DNA of 36,628 nt from Trypethelium eluteriae (Eukaryota): positions 1-36,628 of the forward strand of contig JAVECL010000199.1 of NCBI GenBank assembly GCA_051942245.1, given 5' to 3'. The notes below the pieces were generated by a model that saw only the letters and a list, made by a program, of their open reading frames with translations, searched no databases and was not told the DNA's origin. Below are positions 1 to 10,317 of this stretch, in pieces. Made by a program: the position numbers and the translations under genes. The first letter of the stretch is position 1, and every line of letters begins with the position of its first letter.

Positions 1-87
1 GCGGAAACTAACCTCCAAACTGACAGGGGATTAGACACAACTACGGATAATTACGCAATTATTCATTCTATCCAAATCCAATTCAGA

Positions 88-672
88 CTAGTTTGGATAT
101 GCATAATTTATTCCATGGTTGGCTATGCTTACGTGCGCTGCCCCGTTGAACAGGTCGAAATATTGTTGACAGATCCGCGCTGGGTGTTCAATATTCATTC
201 CTCTCATAGTCTCCCAATGTGAGCCCTGAGCAATTTTATTCATGATCGACTTCAATACGTCCACTGTCCAACCGTCTCGAGCGATTCTTTCATGGGCGCG
301 AGCCCAGGTGGAGGCTGGATCGTGGAGGGCGAGTTTCTGGACGAGCGCGCGGTATGTATCTGTGCCCCAGAACCATGCTGAGGAACCGTTAGATTCGTCG
401 AATATCCTCACGGACGATAGTCTAGTGAAATTGGTCAGGAGATTGACGATCTCCCCGTTCGTAAGTCCTGTGAAGTGTCCCTCGTCTGATGCTGGACGCT
501 TCGCGAGAGTGGGCAATGCCTCTCTAGTGAAGTAAGTCACTGCTCCGGGAGAGACATCTTCACGTTCCAAAAGCCCGAGGTACACGGTACCATTGACTGA
601 GCAGTGCGTAAAGAGACGTGTCATTCGATCCTGCAAATAATCCATGATATGGCTGTCCATTGATGACTGCAT
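88..672 (-). CDS. Hypothetical protein (~194 aa), no recognisable domain
   Basis: Long stop-free ORF (88..894). Its first 74 codons cross a low-complexity repeat, so the ATG at 672 (MQSSMDSHIMDYLQ) is the more plausible start. Globular-looking composition. Confidence 0.55.
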   Translation of the reverse strand: MQSSMDSHIMDYLQDRMTRLFTHCSVNGTVYLGLLEREDVSPGAVTYFTREALPTLAKRPASDEGHFTGLTNGEIVNLLTNFTRLSSVRIFDESNGSSAWFWGTDTYRALVQKLALHDPASTWARAHERIARDGWTVDVLKSIMNKIAQGSHWETMRGMNIEHPARICQQYFDLFNGAAHVSIANHGINYAYPN

Positions 673-749
673 GTTTGGTGGTCTGAACTTGACAATTTGG
701 GTATTGGGCTGATCTAAACAAGAGGGTAGGTTGATCACGAATGGGGCTT

Positions 750-805
750 GGTGGTGCTGGATGATGATGGTGGTGGATGATGGTGGTGGACGGTGGTGGA
801 TCATG
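750..805. repeat. Imperfect GGT/GAT trinucleotide low-complexity tract
   Basis: ggtggtgctggatgatgatggtggtggatgatggtggtggacggtggtgga, lying between two divergent genes. Confidence 0.7.
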
Positions 806-1030
806 GAGAGCGAAACCCTTGTTTGGTCTCTACAGTGTTTGTGATCACACACACAACGCAATACCAATGCCAAAGCGGTCGGAGCTATCCCCATCTACTT
901 GTGCTTTGACATTGTCCAATTGTCTCTCAAACTTAGTACTATTTGAATCCTTAATTCTCTCCTTAACTTTTCCCCTGATTCCAAAAATCGCATAACCCGC
1001 CAAGCACAGCTGCAATCTTTCTCGGCGTCG

Positions 1031-1792
1031 ATGGAGCAGCTAAGGATCGATTACAAGAATGCCGAAAGAGAGTGGGACGCCTCGAACTTTGCCAAGCCGT
1101 TTCGATCAGCCCTGAAGGATTTTAAGGATCAAAATCAGCATCGTCGTCATATAGCCATTTGCCTTGCACTGGGCAGATTGAGCCACTCGCCTTCAGAAAC
1201 GAGAGAGTCCGAAGAAGAGCGAAACCGCTCGCTTTTGCAGCTAGCGGCATTCGATGATGCGGCCAGTATCTGTAAGCTATGACCTAGGACCTTTCAATGC
1301 AGTGAGCTACGAAGCTAATGTTGCATAGTGGTCCCAGGGAAGCGGCGGATAGTCCAGGATCCAGATTTCCCGGACCTGGACAAAACGTTTCTAAACGAAG
1401 ACATGGGATACGAAGTTGTCGAAGATCCTTCAGCGTTCGGCGAAATCGCTGAAGAAGCATTCGTATTCATGCCATTCATGCCCAGAGACGTAATCTCCGC
1501 CTCCCAGAAAAAGCTTTTCTCATGCTGGGTACCAGTGGCAAATGACCTCAAAGAGGTCTATGAGAGTCCAAAGAAGGACGTCAAGAATCTCAAAGAAAGA
1601 TATGGCGCTGTATGGGACGAGGGACTTAAGAAAAATGCGGAACTGGTAATAGAGGAATACCAGAAGGGATATGATGCATTCCTAAAGAAATGGGAGAATT
1701 GGAGAACCTCCATCCCAGAACATGAGCTAATTTATCCAGGACTACATATATTACCATCGGCAATGGAGGGATTGATGATCTATCAATTCTAG
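1031..1792 (+). CDS. SRR1-like domain protein; exons 1031-1271 and 1329-1792 (true start may lie upstream)
   Basis: Intron 1272-1328 (GTAAGC..GCTAAT..CATAG) joins two ORFs in frame. Motifs ICLALGRLS, RSLLQLAAF, QDPDFxxLDKTFL and GYEVVEDPxAFxxIxExAFVFMPF resemble fungal SRR1-like proteins. Confidence 0.7.
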
Positions 1793-3167
1793 AAATCTAG
1801 GTACCGAAGTTCCAGCCGTTGTCCTCTGATCAGTCCCGACACACAGAGTCGAATCTTCAGTTGAAATCCACACAATAGCTCGTAGCTGTCTTATCCCATT
1901 GGAATTCTTCAACGTGAGCACCACATTGCCTTGGATCAGTTTCTCTGTTAACATGGGTTTCAATAGTTCTCCGCCCCAATTCGACTATAACCCTAAAGTT
2001 TGATTCAGCAGTCAGTCTGGACAGCACTCGTAGCTACATCTTCGGCAGCCACTCTGTAGCCTCGACTTGAGTTTCGAATAGAAACCGAGACTCAAAAAGT
2101 ACACAGTGGAAACCCTAGAATCCAGGTACAAAAGATCTCGGGCCAACTACCTCCCCCACGTCTCCTCCATCTTCGAGATCAAAATTCTATGCAACCAATT
2201 GGGAATAAGGGTCCGACAGACAGAAAGGATATCGCAGGCTTTGGGCACGTGGACCTTATCGTTAATGAGATACATGTCTACTCTTTAGGGCAAGTTTATA
2301 GCTCGGCGTAGTGGTTCGAGAGAACCCTCTATAGCTTCTCTAGTCCTGGCTGATTTCATTTGTTTTGAGACCTTTTCAGGAGAACTTAGTCGTGAACTAT
2401 CTGTTGTAATGATAGATCATTGCGTCCTCGTCTAAGATGCGTAGAGAGCGAGAGGGTTTAATATACGGACCCCACATTTGTTTCTTGGTCGTTAGCTTGG
2501 TCCACGGCAATGGAAAATAGCTTGAGTAGGATTGATACGATGTACATAACCCATGTGTTCCCAGTTTGCAACCTTTCACTGCTTTTCAACTCCGTGCCCA
2601 GCACAAACTGTCATCTTTTGGTATCGTGTATAGGACTACCTTTCCTTTAGTGGATGCTAGCAATACCGTGTTCTTGGCCGGAATGACCATCCGACTGAAC
2701 TGAGGGTTTCTTGTTAAGTTTCAACATTCAGACGAACATCTCCAGAGGTTATCTCAGTCCCGAAGCAATACGAGCACACATGTCCTATCGCTAGGAGAGT
2801 TTATGACGGATCAAACTTACCGCTCATCCCAAAACATCAATCCCTTCTCCATTGTGGTCAAATTCGGCTAATAATACGGTACACCAAAAGTGCTTATAAG
2901 GTTAGAGCTGAGAGCCATCGCGTCATATAATAGCACTGTCCCGGCGGTAAGTTACACATTGCCCAAGGTAGGCCAAGAACATCTCATTAGGTAATGAACG
3001 ATTGACATATTGCTCGTAACTATCATAATAAACGGTTCATCTATCAAAGAGAACCAAGACTAGGTAAGCTGGTGGTACAATTTCTGCACAGCAGAAACCA
3101 GTCTGTGTGCTGCCTCATCTCCATCCTGAAACCCGTCATTCTCAGACCAAACATTCCACAGGCACAA

Positions 3168-3734
3168 CTAGCAGTGGTCGCCCCTACTGGATGTACAAAA
3201 CTCAGAGCACGTCGAAAGCGGGCCAAGGGGGACACTGCTGAATTTGCCCGACACTCCATTTTGGGTGCACTGCGACGTTATCGTTGCGGCATATGAAGCC
3301 AAATCACCCTTTTCGAGATTGTTCACAGCAGTGCCCCATGACACGCAGCAATATGCATTATCATCGCTATCGGCAGCGTCACCCTCGTAACAAATCTGGC
3401 GGGGAGAGTTGGGAACGGCCACCTGGGCATCGCCATTGAGTTCAGTAATGAGTGACTCGCAAATGTCGTTACGTGCCGTGTTACTGCTGCTGCATGAAGG
3501 TTGGCTAGTACTTGAGCAACCGCCTCGTTTTTGGTGCTCGTTCGGCTCTGGGTGAGTGCCATTCGGAGGGCCCAGGAAGACCAGGTGGTGGTTGTTCGCA
3601 GGGTCCCGGGTCGGTTGACGAAAGAGCTCTACGAATTTGGCTTCCTGGGCGTTACCGGTGGTCAGTCCTGCTGACGGATAAGCCAATGAGCCTGCGGCGA
3701 AGGCAATCAAGATGTGGAGAGCTGTGAAACGCAT
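3168..3734 (-). CDS. Small secreted cysteine-rich protein (188 aa; signal peptide, propeptide, Kex2 KR site, 118-aa mature domain with 10 Cys); effector/toxin candidate
   Basis: Hydrophobic N-terminus MRFTALHILIAFAAGSLA, QKR at residues 68-70, motifs SPRQIC, YCCVSW and GVSG, C-terminal Cys. Intronless. Confidence 0.85.
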   Translation of the reverse strand: MRFTALHILIAFAAGSLAYPSAGLTTGNAQEAKFVELFRQPTRDPANNHHLVFLGPPNGTHPEPNEHQKRGGCSSTSQPSCSSSNTARNDICESLITELNGDAQVAVPNSPRQICYEGDAADSDDNAYCCVSWGTAVNNLEKGDLASYAATITSQCTQNGVSGKFSSVPLGPLSTCSEFCTSSRGDHC

Positions 3735-3859
3735 TTCGAAATGTCTGAAATTAGAAGTTTGAATGATAGCTGATAAGATTTTTTTGTAAATGGAGAAAGT
3801 GTGCGAACGATATGTCTTGCTGGAGTGTCTGGTCCCTTACAACGGTGACATTCTGAACC

Positions 3860-3865
3860 TTTATA
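3860..3865 (-). promoter_or_regulatory. Putative TATA box for the secreted Cys-rich gene
   Basis: TATAAA on the minus strand ~126 bp upstream of the ATG at 3734. Confidence 0.4.
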
Positions 3866-5556
3866 TTCTTCAAGAGTCAGGCCTTGAGTTCAATCTGGCC
3901 TTCTGCTACCCAGGCTCTTGTGATGATAATCACGACATTGCGTCACGTCTATCATTAGCAAGCATATCATCACAATCCGTGTTGCTGGCTCTTCTATCGG
4001 ATCGCTTGGATTACGCATGCACTTGAATTTCAGACGCCTTCGCCAATCAAGAAAGCTATACGATGAGCCGAGAGGCAATCGAGACTCAGCGGAACAAAGA
4101 TACCATTCGGCTCGTCCGTGATTGTTTGAACAGCAGATCGGGGTTGAGACGATCTTCACACATATTGAAAACCAGATGCGTTAATCGAAATCGGAGTTGG
4201 AGAATGATGAGCTTCCACGTTGTGTCTATCTGCACTCTCAGATCTTCGCTGAGATTCATGTTTGCGGCGCAAGATAGTGCTGAGAGTAGTTACGGATTTG
4301 TTCGTGCGTCAAAGAAGGCTCAGCAACGTTTGCTTTTGTGTCCGTGCTACAACAATAGGACAATATGTGGAGATCGGAGGAGAGAATCGGACTCAGCCTT
4401 GGATCCTCAGAGGAGAGGATCTGTACTTTGCGTATGAAAGGCTGACTGGATTCAGCAGTCGGTCTGATCTTCGATGACGCGGAGACAAGCGTGGAGGGCT
4501 GAAACTAGTATGCCAAGCGAAACTGGCCCGCTTGGGCGGGTAGAAGCGAGATGAACTGGGTGAAACTTATCACACTAGCGCTCAGAAGTGCACCCGAGGT
4601 TCGGATTCTATTCCTTAGACAGTTTACAACATTCTGATCGTATAAATTGCCAGTTCATAGAGGACATTCGTTAGCTGAGAGTCTGGATGTATGGTACGGG
4701 GGATTAGACACTTCTCTACATCATCGTGATTATCCTACGCTATCCTGAAGCCATGTAAAATCAGCGAATTACTAAAGGTTCTGCATGAAATCTCTTTTGC
4801 AATGTTGCTCTTGGCGATAGTTGGTATTGAAGGAAGTCGCCTGTAAAGACGTAGGTACAGCTGCGATTACACACAGCTAGAGTATTACCATATTCGCGCT
4901 AGTGTACGTCGTATAGTCCCTTCATCTCCATCCTGCAGTCCTATCTAATTTCCTTCAATATACAACAACGATGCTGTTCATCAATTCCAACAATTTGGAG
5001 GGGTCAGGCACTTCTCAACGCTATGGCACCCTTATGCTAATATCAAGTGATTAAGCACATTGAAAGAAAAGACCACCTCTCACCCCTCGGTCAATCAATA
5101 AACTTGTTAGCTGGGAGATACTCTAGGCTTGTTGTCTTCACGACTTGTGTAATGGCGAATCACATAGGACTTGGCCTGAGTATTGACAGCGCTTGGCTCT
5201 GCTCACGCCTCTATTAGCATACCTTCAGCAGTGCAGACCCGTGGATTTCGATGCGATTATCTCTTACGTAGCAATCAGAATGGTAGCCGACAACATTTGA
5301 CACAGTGTTTCAACACGAATGAGCCATGATGTGCAGTCGTTCCAAGATCGACTGAGATCGCGAACTCGTAACACATAATGCACTTGCACGTCAGCTGAAA
5401 ATCGCAACAACTCCAGGCTTGAAGGCATCCGCAAATCCCTGGACCTGGTGATCTGTAATGATCAACGACGGGCCTTTCGGTGGCCTTATGGGCTCATGAT
5501 ACTGATATCAATGACACAATGAGGATCTAAAACAAAATCACAATCCACATGGGAAG

Positions 5557-5562
5557 TATAAA
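5557..5562 (+). promoter_or_regulatory. Putative TATA box for the secreted NucA/NucB-like gene
   Basis: TATAAA ~86 bp upstream of the ATG at 5648. Confidence 0.45.
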
Positions 5563-5647
5563 GAGTTTGTAGGTGATACGAAAAGATGCAAAGATCAATT
5601 TGCACGAACCATTTCAACGGTTGTATCAAATCAGCTTCATAACCAAT

Positions 5648-6539
5648 ATGCGAGTTACTTCCACGCCCGTCTTTTTGGCTACCTCTATCTGTCTTAGCTT
5701 GTCAAGTGCTATTCCCTTGGAGCTACAGCGTCGCGCGGCAGGCACTCAAAGTGATCCCAAACAGATCACCATCGATTGCACGAACGGAGAAGACGTGTGT
5801 AACGATGACTGCTACTCAATCCTCTGCTTCAACTCTCCGAACCCTGTTCAGTATATGCTGCGAAATGATAATCGAGGAAGTGATGGCAATAGCGAGGCAG
5901 CTCTCAGATTGGTGCTACAAAACCCCAATGAGGGGGAAAGACAAGCAAGAGGTGTTAATATTTCACAAGATGTGATAAATCAGATTGGCACCAGTCCAGA
6001 GGAAACAATAATGAACAATGCAGAGGAAGGAGGCGAGGGCGAAATCATGATGGATGCGAATTTCCGACAAAATTCCTGTAAGTACAGTTTCCCTAGCAGA
6101 CGCAACCGCACAAAATGCGTAAGACACGGGTTCCCAGAACCCATATCACCTGTCCAAGGTGGCATTTCGAGATAAGAAAACACGAGTAAGGCTAACGAGC
6201 CAATTAATAGTAGTTGGAGCGCGAGTCGGTGGTCAGCTCAGAAGCCAGGGGGTCTCAGATGGCCAATACTATTACAAGACATTTACCAATTATGGAAGTC
6301 CGAACCCATCTTATTGCGCCGCGTTGCAGTCAAATCCTCCGGATACTTCTATCTGCACACAACAGGGTAAAGCTGACACTGATCCGTCCAAAATTGCTAT
6401 GGTGAAATTGGAGGAACCGCTAGCAGGCGGAAAGGTTGGTTGGCATATGATGAATTGGGACGCGGGTGATAGATGGAGTGGTCACAACTGGCCAGGCGGA
6501 ATGAAAAAGAGAGAGGAGCAGACAGAAGATGAGGCATAA
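5648..6539 (+). CDS. Secreted protein resembling fungal NucA/NucB-type (beta-beta-alpha) deoxyribonucleases; exons 5648-6077 and 6211(or 6214)-6539
   Basis: Signal peptide followed by RR. IDCTNGEDVCNDDCYSILC and SPEETIMNNAEEGGEGEIM resemble the CxxxxxxCxxxCxxIxC and SxDExPxAxxxEGGxG motifs. Intron GTAAGT(6078)..GCTAAC..TAGTAG joins the ORFs in frame. Confidence 0.7.
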
Positions 6540-6921
6540 GAGAAAGGGGGTTGTTTCTGCGGCAAAGGGACGAATTGTAATGCAAGCAAGATGAATAGGT
6601 GTGAGGAACCGCTGGCGGGACCTTGACATGTTGAATCTTAAGAATATTTCGTTAGTGTCAGAGCATCTGCTGGTTAAGGTGTCCCTGAGTAATGAAACTA
6701 AAATCGTGGAATGGTCCAAGATCATGATGATCTGACCTTATGAGTCTTCAGGGCGCGCAAGGGTGACATGTTCATCCTGACGTGTCCGTCGAATCTTGTG
6801 GGAGCTGCCCATTCGAGAGTCCATCCGGCTCAATATCTGTCTTTTTTCCGGAGAGGTGGAGCTTCAATTTTTGCCATAAGAGTGACTCTCGAAACCGGTG
6901 TATACTTGTTCAGCGGAGCAA

Positions 6922-7332
6922 ATGTTGGCTCACGCATACCGGGAGATCGTTGGTTTATCAGATGAGGCACTAGCCAGATCTGTCTCGTTGTACGATGTGG
7001 AGGCTGAAGGATCCATTGTGCGATTCGCCACGCGGCGAGCTGTCGAATGCCTCTACCATGTAAGCATAAGCGAAGCTGAAATATGTATTACCGGTTTAGA
7101 AGGTAGTTAGTCGTACGCGGATTCCTTGGCACAAAATGCTGGTCTTACCCCATCTGTCCTAGCACCCGTGAAGGATCACCTTGCCCTTTGCTTCACACAA
7201 GCTGAAGCATTCCTGGATGGGAAGGCTGCTTCGGACAAAGAAATTTGCAACATACACTATAATGGCCTAGGGCGTTTGCTTCATTATTTAAGATCTGCTG
7301 AAGCTACGTTGCGGCTACGTGTGATTTCTTGA
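6922..7332 (+). CDS. Possible small hypothetical protein; exons 6922-7059 and 7111-7332 (5' end uncertain)
   Basis: 51-nt GTAAGC..TTAG intron (7060-7110) removes the stop and joins two same-frame ORFs. Weak branch site and no recognised domain. Confidence 0.35.
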
Positions 7333-7467
7333 TGCCTTCTTAAGAACCAGTCTAATTCTTCATGTGGCTCAAAACCTGACAGTTTGATACAAACAACGTA
7401 GTCTTTGCTTTCCATCCATTTTAGTACCGACCAATAGCTATTGCGACTCCTGAAATTAGTGTGGGTG

Positions 7468-8085
7468 ATGTCGGAGCCTATCGTATTCGCTACATACGAC
7501 ATCAAAGCTGAGGTAGGCAGAAATCTCTACAACATATGTCACCTGCTCACACAGTTTACTTAGCAATGGGCGGATTTTACCAAAGCGGCTGCCATGGAGG
7601 GGACTGATGTTGCGCCATACGTCCTAGTATATTCACGCTCGCCTCAAGACACTTCACGAACGAATAACCTGGCTTCATCCGTGAAGACTGAACTTGACTC
7701 AGCAACATATGCCGAGCTTCGCACAATTTTCCGCAACTTAGTGGACCCAAAAGACAATCGACATATGAGCCTTCGTCTCTTCTTAATCCTCGATGAACAA
7801 TCAGCAAGTGATCGAGACGTTCTAATTGTTCATCGCGAACCAGAATGGGTCAAAGCAGATGGGACAAGGCTCCCATGCGATCCCAAGGAATTAGGAAGAG
7901 ATGACCGGGACCAATTCGAGCCTAAAGTTGCTTGGAGGAGGTATCGTGTTCCTTTTGGCCAGGCAGCGTACCACTGGTTGGTATTAGAGGAGAAGGGTCC
8001 TCAACAATTGGAACAAGATGAGCAGTCTCGACAATGGCTGCAGGATGTGGAACTCGCACCAATCGAAGAGAAGGCTCTCGCTTGA
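7468..8085 (+). CDS. Hypothetical cytoplasmic protein, possibly DUF6924-like; exons 7468-7512 and 7564-8085
   Basis: Phase-0 intron 7513-7563 (GTAGGC..GCTCAC..TTAG) adds MSEPIVFATYDIKAE in frame. Motifs FLILDEQSASDRDVLIV and WRRYRVPFGQA recall a fungal family of unknown function. Confidence 0.7.
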
Positions 8086-8776
8086 ACAGTCAGATCCCAG
8101 ATTCTGTTAGAGTAGCCTGACGCAACAGTTCTCGTAATTGGTAGCTTTGTCCTCCTCCGCTCTAGAACATGCATTTTCTGCAGCCATGCACTCGTGGAGC
8201 TCCAAATATCAAAATTGTCTATAGAGTTCTCTATGTACTTACCAAATACAGCTAGATACACTACCATGTTGTGTCTGATGTCCACGTCTTGTATTAGTGG
8301 ATTCTTTAAGCCAGCCCTCTAGTTATGTTATCAATAAAATAGAATCTAGTTCGACTAACCCCCTTTTTGGCAGCACTAGAGAGGCAAGGAAGAATCACGG
8401 CGAACAGCGGACGTAGAGAATTGGTACATATCGTTACTTCACTCTCCGGATCACACCAACTTAGCAAGCATTCTCTGTGCCAAGTATTGAAAGACAGTAT
8501 GTAAGGCAACCCTTTTATCAGGTGGCAGACCGTTTCTACCGTAAATACCAGACGTAGAGTTGACCTTACGTGTATATGACATATAAAAGAAGCAACTAAC
8601 TTGACCACCTAAAAACCGCTTAATAACGCTAGCGAGGGATGACCAGATTTCCTATCCGATATAATCCCCTCTTAGCAGTCTCGGGTCCTAGTATCGTCTA
8701 TCATCGAATTGATGAAACAAACGATTGAACAACTAGCCCGTATTCTTCTCGTTTGTGACTCCTTGAAGTTCTTTCC

Positions 8777-9856
8777 TCAAACAGAAGATGAGCCTTGGGA
8801 GGAGTTGAACTGAGCAAGTGCAAGCTTGTAGGATTTCTGAGCCAGTCTGGTTTGCTCCAATGCGGTGATTGATGAAATTATACCAAAAATAATGGTAAGC
8901 ACAGCGATAATAGCCGCGAGCCAGAATGTCCACCATTGCATCGGATTGTTGCGGCTATACCGTAGCTGACGATATCCGATACGCGGCGCATTAAACGCAT
9001 CGATCAATTCTTCAAGCCGGCGACGCCAGATTATAAAAACCTGCAGTTCCAAGGTGGTTGACGGTGATGGTTGATGGATCCTGTGGAGCGGCTGTTTCTC
9101 CTCTTTTAGAAAATGGCGAGTTTTCTTATCACCGTAAGGAAACAAAATTTCCAAAGTCCACAAAGTCTCAAGCAAAACTTGCTTTGGTATGACACAATCG
9201 ACTTGCTTAGTATGGCTTATGATGCACGCTTTATGGGCATAAATGCACAGTGTTCTGTGAAGGGAATTGTAGAGGAGATGGTCAGTCAGATTAGAGGTCC
9301 AGCAAATTCGTATGCCTGCTTCTCTTTGAATATTCACAGCCGTGAGATCATGCTGAATTTTCGCATCTGTATTGGAGTTGGAGAAGTCGTGTGTGGGAAA
9401 GCATCGGCTGATGATATCCTCCATACTCCAATCAGATTCCCAGTGCGCCACCGTCGAACTTGAGTTGAAACGTGGCAATTGGATGGTAGCCGAGCAAACG
9501 CTCAGAGTTAGCCAGAAATGAATGGTCAAGTCAACCCCACGGCAGATCTGGTCCAAGCTAGCGTTCGGGAAGATTTCGCTTTGGATCATAGTGACTATTG
9601 AATGTTGAGCAGCCGATCGATGGCGTTCAATGGCAGCCTTGACCCTGAAAATGTCGTCAAAAGTTTGAGTTGCAAACTCGTGAGCAGGAATCCCAGGATG
9701 GTCGGTCATCACCTGAAGTGCATACTCAAGGTGTTCGAAATATACCTCAAAGTCAGCCACTGAAGATGAAGATGAAGATGATGGCCAGAACGATGAGACT
9801 ATTGCTTCCCGATCACTCTGTGAGAGCTTGCCGCCGGCGTGAAATAGTGACTGCAT
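8777..9856 (-). CDS. Conserved fungal protein of unknown function (359 aa) with one C-terminal transmembrane helix
   Basis: Intronless ORF. Motifs GIRICWTSNLTDHL, LLETLWTLEILFP, WRRRLEEL and RNNPMQWWTFWLAAIIAVLTIIFGIISSI (hydrophobic helix), then a short helical tail. Confidence 0.85.
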   Translation of the reverse strand: MQSLFHAGGKLSQSDREAIVSSFWPSSSSSSSVADFEVYFEHLEYALQVMTDHPGIPAHEFATQTFDDIFRVKAAIERHRSAAQHSIVTMIQSEIFPNASLDQICRGVDLTIHFWLTLSVCSATIQLPRFNSSSTVAHWESDWSMEDIISRCFPTHDFSNSNTDAKIQHDLTAVNIQREAGIRICWTSNLTDHLLYNSLHRTLCIYAHKACIISHTKQVDCVIPKQVLLETLWTLEILFPYGDKKTRHFLKEEKQPLHRIHQPSPSTTLELQVFIIWRRRLEELIDAFNAPRIGYRQLRYSRNNPMQWWTFWLAAIIAVLTIIFGIISSITALEQTRLAQKSYKLALAQFNSSQGSSSV

Positions 9857-10317
9857 AGTTCACCACTGTCAAATCCTTCCTGCAATAAGTCTGGATTCGG
9901 AGTCCAGATTGCAAACCGTCCTTTCCATAATGTCTGATTGAATAGTAATAAACTCGCAGCTTCATCAGCCTGATCATGCCCAACTCTCAGCCTAGTCGGT
10001 GGCTCAGCCACCACTGATGTGCAGATGCAACCCTAAATGTGGATTAGTGTCATTCGATTTGAGATTTCTGCCTTGGTAGAGGCTGTGCTGCCCATCACAA
10101 TCATGCACTCATAAATCTCTAATCTAAACACTGGAACGATATCTCATCAACTAGTTGACCTCTCTGGGATAGCTCTGAACAGACGCCTTAGCTAAAGTCA
10201 GACCATTTTGATCTGATGAGCTACGAGCTCGGTGAGAAGTGACTCAAGCCTGCCGATCGAAAAGACCACCCCGCTCCCAAACCTCAGTTGGCGACTCGGA
10301 CATCATCTTGTTATCGG

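Noticed and set aside
9761..9783. (TGAAGA)3 repeat
   Set aside because: Simply encodes the poly-Ser run of the 359-aa protein.
8777..9856. Calling the 359-aa protein a gasdermin or a CorA transporter
   Set aside because: It has a single hydrophobic helix, no GMN motif and no recognisable gasdermin beta-strand pattern.
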